From Candidatus Latescibacterota bacterium (GTDB lineage: Bacteria; Latescibacterota; UBA2968), in the NCBI GenBank assembly GCA_965204375.1, contig OZ241986.1:2304001-2368000 (forward strand): 64,000 bases of DNA, read 5' to 3'. The notes beneath the pieces were generated by a model, which was given only the letters and a program-made list of their open reading frames with translations, was not told the DNA's origin and ran no database searches. Of this stretch, positions 62,901-64,000 are shown in pieces. A program made the position numbers and the translations under genes. The stretch's first letter is position 1. The number at the start of each line of letters is the position of its first letter.

Positions 62901-64000
62901 GGTCGGAGCAACCAACACACCAGGCGTCTCATCGTCGGTCACAGTAATCTGAACCGGGTCCGCTGTGGTTACGCTACCATAGCCACTCACAGAATGGGTA
63001 ATCGTGGCACTGCCATTGTCTGCATCGTCATCCTCAACCCCACTCACTGTCACCGTCTGCGCTTCATGCCAATTGTCCACTGTGAACGTCACAGACATTG
63101 GGGACACCGTGACTACGGCTTCATCGCTACTACTCACGCTCACCATCACATCGCTACCAGGCTGGCTGCTCAGCTTCAGCGTGTATGTACCAGTGCTCCC
63201 CTCACCCACTGTCAGGCTGGTCGGAGCAACCAACACACCCGCCATGTCGTCATCCGTAATCATCAGCGATGTTCCATTCACCGTCAGACCTGACGTGCTA
63301 CCACTCACAGAAACCGTCTCATTCCCCTCCGAAACCGAATCATCCATTGGCGTCAGCGTGAACGTTCCTGTCCCACTCGTCTGACCCGCAGGAATCGTCA
63401 CACTGAAGTCATTCACCGCTCCGTAGTCCTCCGGCGAAGTCGCTGTCCCATCACCCACGCTCACCGTCACTGTCGTGCTCCCATTCAGTGTCGTACTTCC
63501 ATCTATCGTCGCTGTCACGGAAACCGTCGTTGCGCCATCACCCTCACCAACCACCGCAGGTGACAAAGACAGACGAACACCCGTTGGCGCTGAGTCATCA
63601 TCTGTGATTGTCCCGGTCGCTTCAAGCGTCGTCGCGCCACCTGAAAGCGTCGCATTCACCGCATCGCTCAGCTTCACCTTGAATGTCTCGTTACCCTCAG
63701 CTATGTTGTCATCACTGATCGTCACACTCACGGTCTTGCTCAACGCATCCCCAGCACTAAACGTCACACGACCATCCGTCACTGCTGTATAGTCCTTGTC
63801 CGCCTCTGCTGTCCCATCCGCTGTCACCCAACTCACCGTCACGGCCTCACTACTCGCTACACTCAAACCCACTGTGAAACTCAGCGTCCCTGCACCCTCA
63901 GAAGCACTCCCATTATCTATGCTCAGCACGGGCACTATTGTCTCACTGATGCTCACCACCACACTCTCAGCCATCTCACCACTATAGTCACCTGTGCTAC
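22560..64000 (-). CDS. Giant autotransporter-type surface protein/adhesin (>13,800 aa; Calx-beta/Ig-like repeats, LRR modules, C-terminal beta-barrel); 5' end outside the window
   Basis: Single stop-free frame. The track's Met at 63974 is an internal repeat residue (upstream reads STGDYSGE, as in other copies). Calx-beta-like motifs TADGTA..GKDY, D..AEGNETF and TITDDD recur. The C-terminus is barrel-like and ends in Phe. Confidence 0.93.
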   Translation of the reverse strand, partial: STGDYSGEMAESVVVSISETIVPVLSIDNGSASEGAGTLSFTVGLSVASSEAVTVSWVTADGTAEADKDYTAVTDGRVTFSAGDALSKTVSVTISDDNIAEGNETFKVKLSDAVNATLSGGATTLEATGTITDDDSAPTGVRLSLSPAVVGEGDGATTVSVTATIDGSTTLNGSTTVTVSVGDGTATSPEDYGAVNDFSVTIPAGQTSGTGTFTLTPMDDSVSEGNETVSVSGSTSGLTVNGTSLMITDDDMAGVLVAPTSLTVGEGSTGTYTLKLSSQPGSDVMVSVSSSDEAVVTVSPMSVTFTVDNWHEAQTVTVSGVEDDDADNGSATITHSVSGYGSVTTADPVQITVTDDETPGVLVAPTSLTVDEGNTGIYTVKLNSEPTASVTVGVSVPTGTDVSASPTSLTFTADNWNTAQTVTVSAATDDDAVVDDQVRITHSVSSTGDYSGEMAESVVVSISETIVPVLSIGNASAAEGAGTLSFTVGLSVASREAVTVSWVTADGTAEAGKDYTAVTDGRVTFSAGDALSKTVSVTISDDNIAEGNETFKVRLSNAVNATLSGGETTLEATGTITDDDAAPTGVRLSVSPDMVGEGDGATTVSVTATIDGSTTLVGATTVTVSVGDVGDSATEGTDYGTVSDVTVTIAANSSSGSGTFTISPSDDSVSEENETVSVSGSTSGLTVNGTSLMITDDDMAGVLVAPTSLTVGEGSTGTYTLKLSSQPGGDVTVRASSGAASVATVSPESLTFTPDNWKDAQTVTVAGVQDDDADNGSATISHEVSGYGSVTTADPVAVSVTDDETTGVVVNPTNLTVDEGATQTYTLKLSSQPGGDVTVTVSSGAIDVATISPGSVTFTADNWHEAQTVTVSGVQDDDAENGSATISHEVSGYGSVTTADQVAVSVTDDEALGVLVVPTSLTVDEGNTGIYTVKLNSEPTASVTVEVTVPTGTDVSASPTSLTFTADNWNEAQTVTVRAATDDDAVVDDQVTITHSVSSTGDYSGEMAESVVVSISETTVPVLNIENGSAVEDAGTLTFTVGLSVASREAVTVTWATEDGTAEAGKDYTAVTDGRVTFSAGDALSKTVSVTISDDNIAEGNETFKVRLSNAVNATLSGGATTLEATGTITDDDAAPTGVRLSLSPAVVGEGDGATTVSVTATIDGSTTLNGSTTVTVSVGDGTATSPEDYGAVNDFSVTIPAGQTSGTGTFTLTPMDDSVSEGNETVSVSGSTSGLTVTGIELTITDDDMAGVLVAPTSLTVSEGNTGTYTLKLSSQPDGDVTVTVSSGAISVATVSPMSVTFTADNWHEAQTVTVSGVQDDDAENGSATISHEVSGYGSVTTADQVAVSVTDDETPNVLVAPTSLTVDEGSTQTYTLKLTSEPTASVTVGVSVPTGTDVSASPASLTFTGDNWNTAQTVTVSAATDDDAVVDDQVTITHSVSSTGDYSGEMAESVVVSISETIVPVLSIENGSAVEDAGTLTFTVSLSVASSEAVTVSWVTADGTAEADKDYTAVTDGRVTFSAGDALSKTVSVTISDDNIAEGNETFKVKLSNAVNATLSGGATTLEATGTITDNDTAPTSVRLSLSPAIVGEGDGATTVTVTATIDGSTTLNESTAVTVSVGDGTATSPADYGAVSDVTVTIPAGQQSGTGTFTLTPVDDSFAERDETVTVTGSTPGLLVNIMSLTIKDDDTKRIEAQTASSSVSLTVSPSSVGEGDGATTVTVTTTMNADARTVATTVIVSIGATGDSATEGTDYGAVSDVTVTIAAGQTSGTGTFTITPTNDSSFERNETVSVSGSASGLSVVSSTLTIVDDDASPDRAALIALYDATGGANWSNNTNWKDDSKPINDWYGVTVSQNRVTNLFLSSNNLRGTIPSELGSLSELTYLELNKNNLSGSIPSELGNLSKLTYLNLSNNALSGSIPSELGNLSELRHLGLSNNALSGSIPSELGNLSKLRSLFLSNNELTDPLPRAFTKLDLIINLDINSNAGLCVPTDMEFRDWVGEILTYSGQTCRDVSWDETTYSHTETDNDATLSLTVNIRPALTEASTVNVSAGQSTQTGVNHAISTSDYTVSSTSLVLPANTESTTFDVTIKGDNIYELEEVFILALSAIADAPYTVGSASVTVTIEDDDASPDRAALIALYDATGGANWHRNTNWKDEGKPISDWEGVQVSRDNRVTTIRLSNNNLMGTIPTELGSLSNLTSLDLSNNALSGTIPSELGDLSNLTSLSLHGNALSGSIPSELGSLSKLTSLNLARNALSGTIPTELSDLSNLLSLDLSANELTGPLPRAFTALSLNILRIRGNAGLCVPADTEFRNWVGEIGTYRGQTCRDVSVSWDETTYSHTETDSDATLSLTVNISPALTEASTVNVSAGQSTQTGVNHASSTSDYTVSSTSLMLSANTESTTFDVTIKGDDIYELEEVFILTLSAIADAPYTVGSASVTVTIEDDDASPDRAALIALYDATDGANWHRNTNWKDDSKPISDWEGVKVSQNRVTQLEFFSDNNLMGTIPTELGSLSNLTSLDLARNALSGSIPTELGNLSNLTSLDLSNNALSGSIPTELGNLSNLTSLNLSANTLSGSIPSELGGLSNLTSLHLGTNTLSGSIPSELGNLSKLRRLNLPNNKLSGPLPRTFTALKQLFQMSIWNSGLCVPADMEFQTWAGKIHRFSGTTCSYDVSWDETTYRHTETDSDATLSLTVNINPAQTEASTVTINIGSESTATLDTDYTLPSRSLELSAQQTSVSFDITIKGDDEKEDTETIYLKLSEIPYAPYTVSADSIAVISIIDDDERGLALSPQSVTVTEASGAMHTATYTVALTSQPTAEVTVSVSSEDDAVARVTPTSLTFATDGYNTAQTVTVMGTDDNVDNTSDRTANIVHVASGGDYAMVSGAVTVTVIDEDISAFSVANAEVMEGDAGETELVFTVTLSPPADRETRVDWATSDGTAKARLDYIARISSKNFAAGETEKAVTVSVYGDEIDEDNEAVTVTLSNPTGGATLGTASATGTIIDDDERGLALSPQSVTVTEASGAMNTATYAVALTSKPTAEVTVSVSSEDNAVARVTPTSLTFATDAWNTAQTVTVMGTDDNVDNASDRTANIVHGASGGDYAMVSGAVTVTVIDDEGISAFSVADAEVTEGDAGETELVFTVTLSPPADRETMVEWATSDGTAKAGVDYTAGRGTLTFNPGVSAMDVVVMVTGDTFNEGASETLRLTLSNITGNTNYKRQLATGTINDDDEGPPTVSFTDTSLEVIEGVTERDQSFTIALDFSTGIQLSSAIVKLKAVPSPGKRLATAVTTGSCSDGGVDIVMVEGASVGMGVTSIQFQIVVCDDEVIEPPEYILITIEPGDGYTPHPQDARFMVKITDRSEVVTLSRGTKVTLNETDTDQLRRFPVNADKAWEGDIELSFTRNNTSTATEDDFTLGNCILTDSADSCEITIIGDNLYEETETLHLQMALVNSEVSASISDRNQIEIDIRDDDTASTEVALSVSPSSVGEGDGATTVSVTATLNADARTVATTVTVSVGSGSDSATEGTDYSAVSDVTVTIASGLTSSTGTFTIKPNDDSIAEGDETVSVTGSSSLTVNGTELTITDNDTAPTGVRLSVSPDMVGEGDGATTVTVTATLSGSILPDATTVTVSVGATGDSAVEGTDYGTVSDVTVTITAGQTSGKVTFTISPVNDSVAEGNETVSVGGSATDLTVNGTSLTITDDDMAGVVVDPKTLTVDEGSTNTYTLKLNSQPGGNVTVTVTSGAVSVATVSPATVTFTSSNWSDAQTVTVSGVADDDANNDSATISHQSSSSDSKYSSSLMVASVAVSVTDDETAGVTVDPTSLTINEGASKTYTVKLTSEPTASVTVGVSVPTGTDVSASPTSLTFTADNWSTAQTVTVSVAADADAVADAQVTITHSVSSTGDYNGKTASSVVVSITETTVPVLGIGNASAAEGAGTLTFTVSLSVASSDAVTVSWVTADGTAEAGKDYTAVTDGRVTFSSGDGLSQAISVTISDDTIAEGNETFKVKLSNAVNATLSGGGATLEATGTITDNDTAPMSVRLSLSPAMVGEGDGATTVTVTATIDGSVTLPGATTVTVSVGNVGDSAVEGTDYGAVSDVTVTIAANSSSGSGTFTITPSDDGIAEGEEKVSVNGTASGFTVTGADLKIMDNDAAPTGIGLSLSPSHVTEDGGAQTVSVKAMLNGSALPNATTVTVSIGATNDSAVEGTDYGAVSDVTVTIAAGQTSGEGTFSISPVNDSVAEGDETVSVTGSTEGLTGGTASLTLRDDDTASSSVALSVSPSSVGEDDSATTVTVTASLNADARTVATMVTVSIGATNDSATEGTDYASVNDVTVTISSGKTSGEETFTITPNDDSVAEGNETVSVTGSTEGLTVNGTSLTITDDDMAGVVVDPASLTVNEGSTNTYTLKLSSQPSGNVTVSASSNATDVARVSPATVTFSTTNWRTAQTVTVRGVADDDANNGSATISHSSSSSDSKYSSSLTVDSVTITVNDDETASVVVSPKTLTVDEGSTNTYTLKLSSQPGGNVTVTATSSALAVATVSPGSVTFTSSNWSTAQTVTVSGVSDDDANNESATISHQSTSSDSKYSSSLTVASVAVSVTDDETTGVTVDPTSLTVNEGASKIYTMKLTSKPTASVTVGVSVPTGTDVSASPTSLTFTADNWSTAQTVTVSVAADADAVADAQVTITHSVSSTGDYNGKTASSVVVSITETTVPVLGIGNASAAEGAGTLTFTVSLSVASSDAVTVSWATTDGTAEAGKDYTAVTDGRVTFSSGDALSKTVSVTISDDNIAEGNETFKVTLSNAVNATLSGGGSTLEATGTITDNDTAPMSVRLSLSPAMVSEGDGATTVTVTATISGSVTLPDATTVTVSVGDGSDSATEGTDYGAVSDVAVTIAANSSSGSGTFTITPSDDGIAEGEEKVSVNGSATGLDVTGADLKIMDNDTAPTGIVLSLNPSAVTEDGGAQTVTVKAMLNGSALPGATAVTVSVSDGTATSPADYGAVAAITVTISSGKTSGEGTFSISPVNDSVAEGDETVSVRGSTSGLTVNGTSLTITDDDMAGVEVDPKTLTVDEGSTNTYTLKLSSKPSTNVTVSASSSAISVATVSPATVTFTSSNWSDAQTVTVSGVADDDANNDSATISHQSSSSDSKYSSSLTVASVAVSVTDDETAGVTVDPTSLTINEGSSKTYTVVLDSEPTASVTVGVSVPTGTDVSASPTTVTFTTTNWSTAQTVTVSVATDNDAVVDDKVTIRHSVSSTGDYSGKTASSVVVNITETTVPVLSIGNASAAENAGTMTFTVGLSVSSSKAVTVSWVTVDGTAEAGKDYTAVTDGRVTFSSGDGLSQAISVTISDDTIYEGNETFKVTLSNAVNATLSGGGNTLEATGTITDNDTAPTGIRLSLSPAMVGEGAGATTVTVTATISGSVTLPAATTVTVSIGTTSDSATEGTDYASVNDVTVTIAANSSSSTGTFTITPSDDGIAEGEEKVSVNGTASGFTVTSADLKIMDNDAAPTGIGLSLNPSAVTEDGGAQTVSVKAMLNGSALPGATAVTVSIGATNDSATEGTDYGTVADVTVTIAAGSSSGSGTFTITPSDDSVAEGNETVSVGGSTSGLTVNGTSLTITDDDMAGVVVDPKTLTVGEGNTNTYTLKLSSKPGGNVTVSARSSAISVATVSPATVTFTSSNWSDAQTVTVSGVSDDDANNGSATISHTVSGYGSVTTADQVAVSVTDDETAGVVVNPTSLTVGEGSTKTYTLKLSSKPGGNVTVSARSSATSVATVSPATVTFTSSNWSTAQTVTVSGVADDDADNGSATISHSVSGYGSVTTADEVAVSVTDDDTASTEVALSVSPSSVGEDDSATTVSVTATLNESARTVATTVIVSIGDGSDSATEGTDYGTVSDVTVTISSGQTSGSGTFTISPTDDSVAEGNETVSVGGSATGLTVNGTSLTITDDDMAGVVVDPKTLTVGEGSTNTYTLKLSSQPGGNVTVSARSSAVSVATVSPVTVTFTSSNWSDAQTVTVSGVADDDADNDNTTITHTVSGYGSVTTADQVAVSVTDDDEAGVVVDPTSLTVGEGSSKTYTLKLSSQPGGNVTVSARSGAVSVATVSPTTVTFTSSNWSDAQTVTVSGVQDNDAEDGSTTISHQSTSSDSKYSSSLTVASVAVSVTDDETAGVVVDPTSLTVGEGGTNTYTLKLNSEPGGNVTVSARSSAISVATVSPVTVTFTSSNWSTAQTVTVSGVADDDADNGSATISHTVSGYGSVTTADQVAVSVTDDDMAGVVVDPKTLTVDEGSTNTYTLKLSSKPGGNVTVSARSSAISVATVSPATVTFTSSNWSTAQTVTVSGVADDDADNDSATISHQSTSSDSKYSSSLTVDSVDITVTDDETAGVVVDPKTLTVDEGSTNTYTLKLSSKPGGNVTVSARSSAISVATVSPATVTFTSSNWSDAQTVTVSGVSDDDANNGSATISHSVSGYGSVTTADQVAVSVTDDETAGVVVNPTSLTVGEGSTKTYTLKLSSKPGGNVTVSARSSAISVATVSPATVTFTSSNWSDAQTVTVSGVSDDDANNGSATISHSVSGYGSVTTADQVAVSVTDDETAGVVVNPTSLTVGEGSTKTYTLKLSSKPGGNVTVSARSGAISVATVSPATVTFTSSNWSDAQTVTVSGVQDGDAENGSATISHTVSGYGSVTTADQVAVSVTDDDTASTEVTLSVSPSSVGEDDSATTVSVTATLNESVRTVATTVTVSVGSGSDSATEGTDYGTVSDVTVTISSGQTSGSETFTITPTDDSVAEGNETVSVDGSTSGLTVNGTSLTITDDDMAGVVVDPKTLTVDEGSTNTYTLKLSSKPGGNVTVSARSSAVSVATVSPATVTFTSSNWSTAQTVTVSGVADDDADNGSATISHSVSGYGSVTTADQVAVSVTDDETAGVVVDPKTLTVGEGNTNTYTLKLSSKPGGNVTVSARSSAVSVATVSPATVTFTSSNWSTAQTVTVSGVADDDAENGSATISHTVSGYGSVTTADQVAVSVTDDDTASTEVSLSVSPSSVGEDDSATTVSVTATLNESARTVATTVIVSIGDGSDSATEGTDYGTVSDVTVTIASGNTSGSGTFTISPTDDSVAEGNETVSVGGSATGLTVNGTSLTITDDDMAGVVVDPKTLTVGEGSSKTYTLKLSSQPGGTVTVSARSSAVSVATVSPATVTFTSSNWSTAQTVTVSGVSDDDADNGSATISHTVSGYGSVTTADQVAVSVTDDETAGVVVNPTSLTINEGSSKTYTLKLSSKPGGNVTVSARSSAVSVATVSPATVTFTSSNWSTAQTVTVSGVADDDAENGSATISHTVSGYGSVTTADQVAVSVTDDDTASTEVTLSVSPSSVGEDDSATTVSVTATLNESARTVATTVTVSIGDGSDSATEGTDYGTVSDVTVTIASGQTSGSETFTITPSDDSVAEGNETVSVDGSTSGLTVNGTSLTITDDDMAGVVVDPTSLTVGEGNTKTYTLKLSSKPGGNVTVRARSSAISVATVSPVTVTFTSSNWSTAQTVTVSGIADDDADNGSATISHTVSGYGSVTTADQVAVSVTDDETAGVVVDPKTLTVGEGSTNTYTLKLSSKPGGNVTVSARSSAISVATVSPVTVTFTSSNWSTAQTVTVSGVSDDDAENGSATISHTVSGYGSVTTADEVAVSVTDDDTASTEVALSVSPSSVGEDDSATTVTVTATLNESARTVATTVIVSIGTTSDSAVEGTDYGTVSDVTVTIASGQTSGSGTFTITPTDDSVAEGNETVSVSGSATGLTVNGTELTITDDDMAGVVVAPKTLTVDEGSTNTYTLKLSSKPGGNVTVSARSSATSVATVSPVTVTFTSDNWSTAQTVTVSGVQDDDANNDSATISHQSTSSDSKYSSSLTVDSVDITITDDETAGVVVDPKTLTVDEGSTNTYTLKLSSQPGGNVTVSARSSAVSVATVSPATVTFTSSNWSTAQTVTVSGVSDDDADNGSATISHTVSGYGSVTTADEVAVSVTDDETAGVVVNPTSLTVGEGSSKTYTLKLSSKPGGNVTVSARSSAVSVATVSPVTVTFTSSNWSTAQTVTVSGVADDDAENGSATISHTVSGYGSVTTADQVAVSVTDDDTASTEVTLSVSPSSVGEDDSATMVSVTATLDESARTVTTTVTISIGATNDSATEGTDYGTVSDVTVTIASGNTSGSGTFTITPTDDSFAEGNETVSVGGSTSGLTVNGTSLTITDDDMAGVVVDPKTLTVGEGSTNTYTLKLSSQPGGNVTVSARSSAIGVATVSPATVTFTSSNWSDAQTVTVSGVSDDDANNGSATISHTVSGYGSVTTADQVAVSVTDDETAGVVVDPKTLTVDEGSTNTYTLKLSSQPGGNVTVSARSSAISVATVSPATVTFTSSNWSTAQTVTVSGVADDDADNGSATISHTVSGYGSVTTADQVAVSVTDDDTASTEVTLSVSPSSVGEDDSATTVSVTATLNESVRTVATTVTVSIGDGSDSATEGTDYGTVADVTVTIAAGSSSGSGTFTITPSDDSVAEGNETVSVDGSTSGLTVNGTSLTITDDDMAGVVVDPKTLTVGEGNTNTYTLKLSSKPGGNVTVSARSSAISVATVSPATVTFTSSNWSDAQTVTVSGVSDDDANNGSATISHTVSGYGSVTTADQVAVSVTDDETAGVVVNPTSLTVGEGSTKTYTLKLSSKPGGNVTVSASSGAISVATVSPATVTFTSSNWSDAQTVTVSGVQDDDAENGSATISHTVSGYGSVTTADKVAVSVTDDDTASSSVALSVSPSSVGEGASATTVSVTATLNESVRTVATTVTVSIGDGSDSATEGTDYGTVSDVTVTISSGQTSGSETFTITPSDDSVAEGNETVSVSGSTSGLTVNGTSLTITDDDVAGVVVDPTSLTINEGSTNTYTLKLSSKPGGNVTVSARSSAVSVATVSPATVTFTSSNWSDAQTVTVSGVSDDDANNGSATISHTVSGYGSVTTADQVAVSVTDDETAGVVVDPKTLTVGEGSTNTYTLKLSSKPGGNVTVSARSSAISVATVSPATVTFTSSNWSDAQTVTVSGVSDDDANNGSATISHTVSGYGSVTTADEVAVSVTDDDTASTEVALSVSPSSVGEDDSATTVSVTATLNESARTVATTVMVSVGSGSDSATEGTDYGTVSDVTVTIASGKTSGSGTFTITPTDDSVAEGNETVSVSGSTSGLTVNGTSLTITDDDMAGVVVNPTSLTINEGSSKIYTVKLTSKPTASVTVGVSVPTGTDVSASPTSLTFTADTWNTAQTVTVRAAADADAVVDAQVTVTHSVSSTGDYSGKTASSVMVSITETTVPVLSIGSASAAEGAGTLTFTVSLSVASSEAVTVSWVTADGTAEAGKDYTAVTDGRVTFSSGGGLSQAISVTISDDTIYEGNETFKVTLSNAVNATLSGGGSTLEATGTITDNDTAPTIVLSVDPAMVGEGDSATTVSVTATLSGSILPDATTVTVSVGASGDSATEGTDYGTVSDVTVTIAAGKTSGKGTFTITPTDDSISEGEEQVSVNGSAGTLSVTGASLKIMDNDAAPTGIGLSLNPNSVTENGGSVTVSVTVMLNGSALPGATMVTVSVGSGSDSATEGTDYGTVSDVTVTIASEKTSGSGTFTITPTDDSVAEGNETVSVRGSVSGLTGATSSLTIRDDDTASTEVALSVSPSSVGEDDSATTVTVTATLNADARTVATTVTVSIGDGSDSAVEGTDYGTVSDVTVTIAAGKTSGTGTFTITPTDDSVAEGNETVSVDGSTSGLTVNGTSLTITDDDMAGVVVNPTSLTVGEGNTNTYTLKLSSKPGGNVTVSARSSAVSVATVSPATVTFTSSNWSTAQTVTVSGVADDDAENGSATISHQSASSDSKYSSSLTVDSVDITVTDDDMAGVVVDPKTLTVGEGSTNTYTLKLSSKPGGNVTVRARSSATSVATVSPVTVTFTSSNWSTAQTVTVSGVADDDAENGSATISHTVSGYGSVTTADQVAVSVTDDDTASTEVTLSVSPSSVGEDDSATMVTVTATLNESARTVATTVTVSIGDGSDSATEGTDYGTVSDVTVTIAAGKTSGTGTFTITPSDDSVAEGNETVSVDGSTSGLTVNGTSLTITDDDMAGVVVDPTSLTVGEGNTKTYTLKLSSKPGGNVTVSARSSAISVATVSPVTVTFTSSNWSTAQTVTVSGVSDDDADNGSATISHQSASSDSKYSSSLTVDSVDITVTDDDMAGVVVDPKTLTVGEGSTNTYTLKLSSKPGGNVTVSARSSAVSVATVSPVTVTFTSSNWSTAQTVTVSGVQDGDAENGSATISHTVSGYGSVTTADEVAVSVTDDDTASTEVALSVSPSSVGEDDSATTVTVTATLNESARTVATTVTVSVGSGSDSATEGTDYGTVADVTVTIAAGSSSGSGTFTITPSDDSVAEGNETVSVGGSTSGLTVNGTSLTITDDDVAGVVVDPTSLTINEGSTNTYTLKLSSKPGGNVTVSARSSAVSVATVSPATVTFTSSNWSTAQTVTVSGVADDDAENGSATISHTVSGYGSVTTADQVAVSVTDDDTASTEVTLSVSPSSVGEDDSATTVSVTATLNESVRTVATTVTVSVGSGSDSATEGTDYGTVSDVTVTIAAGSSSGSGTFTITPTDDSVAEGNETVSVDGSTSGLTVNGTLLTITDDDVAGVVVNPTSLTINEGSSKTYTLKLSSKPGGNVTVSARSSATSVATVSPVTVTFTSSNWSDAQTVTVSGVSDDDADNDSATISHTVSGYGSVTTADQVAVSVTDDETAGVVVNPTSLTVGEGSTNTYTLKLSSQPGGNVTVSARSSATSVATVSPVTVTFTSSNWSTAQTVTVSGVADDDAENDSATISHTVSGYGSVTTADQVAVSVTDDDTASSSVALSVSPSSVGEGASATTVSVTATLNESARTVATTVTISIGATNDSATEGTDYGTVSDVTVTIASGNTSGSGTFTITPSDDSILEGNETVSVSGSATGLTVNGTSLTITDNDTAPTVDLSVDPAMVSEGDSATTVSVTATLSGSVLPGATTVTVSVGASGDSAVEGTDYGTVSDVTVTIAANSSSGSGTFTITPSDDSISEGEEQVSVNGSAGTLSVTGASLKIMDNDTSPTGIGLSLNPNSVTENGGSVTVSVTVMLNGSALPGATTVTVSVGASGDSAVEGTDYGAVSDVTVTIAAEKTSGSGTFTISPVNDSVAEGNETVSVRGSVSGLTGDTASLTIRDDETASSSVALSVSPSSVGEDDSATTVSVTATLNADARTVATTVTVSIGTTSDSATEGTDYASVNDVTVTISSGQTSGSGTFTISPSDDSVAEGNETVSVSGSTSGLTVNGTSLTITDDDMAGVVVSPKTLTVGEGSTNTYTLKLSSQPGGNVTVSARSSATSVATVSPVTVTFTTTNWSTAQTVTVSGVSDDDADNGSATISHTVSGYGSVTTADEVAVSVTDDDTASTEVALSVSPSSVGEGASATTVSVTATLNESARTVATTVTVSIGATNDSATEGTDYSTVSDVTVTIAAGSSSGSGTFTISPSDDSVAEGNETVSVGGSTSGLTVNGTSLTITDNDTAPTVDLSVDPAMVGEGDSATTVSVTATLSGSVLPDATTVTVSVGSGSDSATEGTDYGTVADFTVMIGGEETSGSGTFTITPSDDSISEGEEQVSVNGSAGALSVTGASLKIMDNDAASTGIALSLSPESVTEEGGSQTVSVTAMLNGAVLVGATTVTVSVADGTATSPDDYGSVSNFTVTIASGQTSGMGTFTITPVNDSVAEGDETVSVRGSASGLTGDTASLTIRDDDTASSSVALAVVPSSVGESDSATTVTVTATLNADARTVATTVTVSVGAGSDSATEGTDYASVNDVTVTIAAGQTNGTGTFTITPNDDSFAEGNETVTVTGSTSDLTVTDTELTITDNDMASTGIDLSLNPNAVTEDGGSQTVTVTAMLNGSARTVATTVTVSVADGTATSPDDYGAVSNFTVTIATGQTSGTGMFAITPVNDSVAEGNETVSVRGSASGLTVNGTSLTIRDDDTEPTETPTVSSSVSLTVVPSSVGEGDGATTVTVTARLNADARTVETLVTVSVGDAGDSATEGTDYGTVSDFRVTIAAGQTSGTETFTITPVNDSIVEGSETVSVTGSTPGLTVNGTSLTITDNDTAPTGIQLSLNPGSVTEEGGAQTVTVTAMLNGSALPDVTTVTVSVSDGTATSPDDYGAVGAITVTIATGQTNGTGTFSITPVNDSIVEGDETVTVQGTAPGLTVNGTSLTIRDNDTEPDETGTQTASSSVVLKVVPSSVGEGDGATIVSVTATLNADARTVVTTVMVSVGDGSATEGTDYGTVSDFRVTIAAGQTSGMGTFTITPVNDSIVEGSETVSVTGSTPGLTVNGTSLTITDDDTEPTETQSSSVVLKVVPSSVGEGDSETTVTVTATLNADARTMATTVMVSVGDVGDSAIEGTDYTEVNDFTVTIVAGQTSGTGMFMLRPVNDSIAEEDEKISVTGSATDLTVTNTELTIADNDATTGTDERGVTVVPTTLTIAEGGTGTYTVVLDTRPSGTVTVRASSSATGVARVSPVSMRFTPFSWNTAQTVTVTGVQDYDAYSESTMITHVVSGYGSVTTADPVAVSVKDDEVPGVTIEPTALTIAEGGTGTYTVVLDTRPSGTVTVRASSGATGVARVSPVSMRFTPFSWNTAQTVTVTGVQDYDAYSESATISHAVSGYGSVTTADSVAVSVTDDDTASTEVALSVSPSEVGEGASATTVTVTATLNESARTVATTVTVSVGDGSDSATEGTDYDTVSNFTVTIGAEQTSGMGTFTLSPVDDSIAEGNETVSIKGTATNFTVVGAALKIVDNDAPPTGIGLSLSPNIVTEDGGSQTVTVTAMLNGSALPVATTVTVSVADGTATSPDDYGPVSNVTVTIAAGQTDGTGTFTITPVNDSVAEGDETVQVNGSASGLTATDTELTLRDDDTASSSVALTVVPSSVGEDDSATTVTVTATLNADARTVATTVTVSVGDGSDSATEGTDYGAVSDFTVTIVAGQTSGMETFTLTPVNDAIAEGEETVSMSGSATDLAVTDTELTIADNDKVPTDTDGGVTVVPTALTITEGGFSTYTVVLNARPSGTVTVTPINGTTDIVTISPVSVTFTPDTWNEAQTITVTGMQDDDAYSESTMITHVVSRYDGVTTAEPVMVAVMDDGVPGVTIEPVALTIAEGGTGTYTVVLDTRPSGTVTVRATSDVTGVTRVSGVLTFTPDTWSRAQTVSLTTTEDDDAYSESTTITHVVSGYDEVTTTTPVRVTVTDNDIAVNPALLADLARALADQRVGAITRRIGRARDGGGSELPTSLFSLPGGWPGLFYALNRDASTSRHMMSSIFKDMMNSTFKSMMNSSDFVLASHSASPQQYASSFALWGGGDYRNFASRGGAAAWNGDLFTIHLGADARLFNDYIAGIAAAWSLSELDLSGTGNGDAYNLILASVHPYANWRRNDWEAWITAGYGRGGLEIGTRSSDVNTRTAGGGLSTQAVALGATRLRLKSETMWTSLEVADSSLKGAGIVGLTVDASRMRMALEATQNRAVGNGARLSSTLEVGGRYDGGDGETGGGAELGSGLSYAVQRLTLASNGRVLVRRGYRELSGQIEVELIPGKDGRGLSFSLGPGYGDSASGIRMLYERGLRGQGLEATGSGAARLNARLGYGLFASGGVLTLSGEMTTTRGTRSYRLGPHWKFERLDVQVSGERRASIVGRATHAILLQYRQQF
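23920..53535 (-). repeat. Array of ~105-120-aa Calx-beta/Ig-like domains, with a recurrent 987-bp higher-order unit between about 31 and 47 kb
   Basis: Homologous shadow ORFs recur at 987-bp spacing (40675/41662/42649/43636; 38134/39121; 46000/46987). The basic GVVV.P..LTV.EG unit is 318 bp. Confidence 0.9.
44004..44669. repeat. Perfect 318-bp-period tandem duplication
   Basis: Manual comparison shows position n equals n+318 from 44004 to 44351, with mismatches at 44003 and 44352. Confidence 0.85.
55950..58545 (-). repeat. Three capped LRR modules (24-aa/72-bp plant receptor-kinase-like repeats) separated by Calx-beta-like spacers
   Basis: Each module has N-cap DRAALIALYDAT.GANW..TNW, repeats LxxLxLxxNxLSGxIPxELGxL, and C-cap GLCVP...TC. 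Approximate spans are 57945-58540, 56985-57585 and 55950-56620. Confidence 0.93.
58560..64000 (-). repeat. N-proximal higher-order Calx-beta repeat array
   Basis: Homologous positions at 59467/60802/62461/63796 (spacings 1335, 1659, 1335 bp); long near-identical blocks lie 2994 bp apart. Confidence 0.85.

Noticed and set aside
63972-63974. ATG 63974 as the true start of the giant protein
   Set aside because: It is the Met of the repeated DYSGEMAESVVV motif; the frame stays open to the window edge and no signal peptide follows.
22593-63987. Numerous plus-strand ORFs (MPSVALSL..., MTDRRTAI...) within the giant gene
   Set aside because: Antisense shadows of the repetitive minus-strand CDS; they recur with its repeat period and carry no independent motifs.
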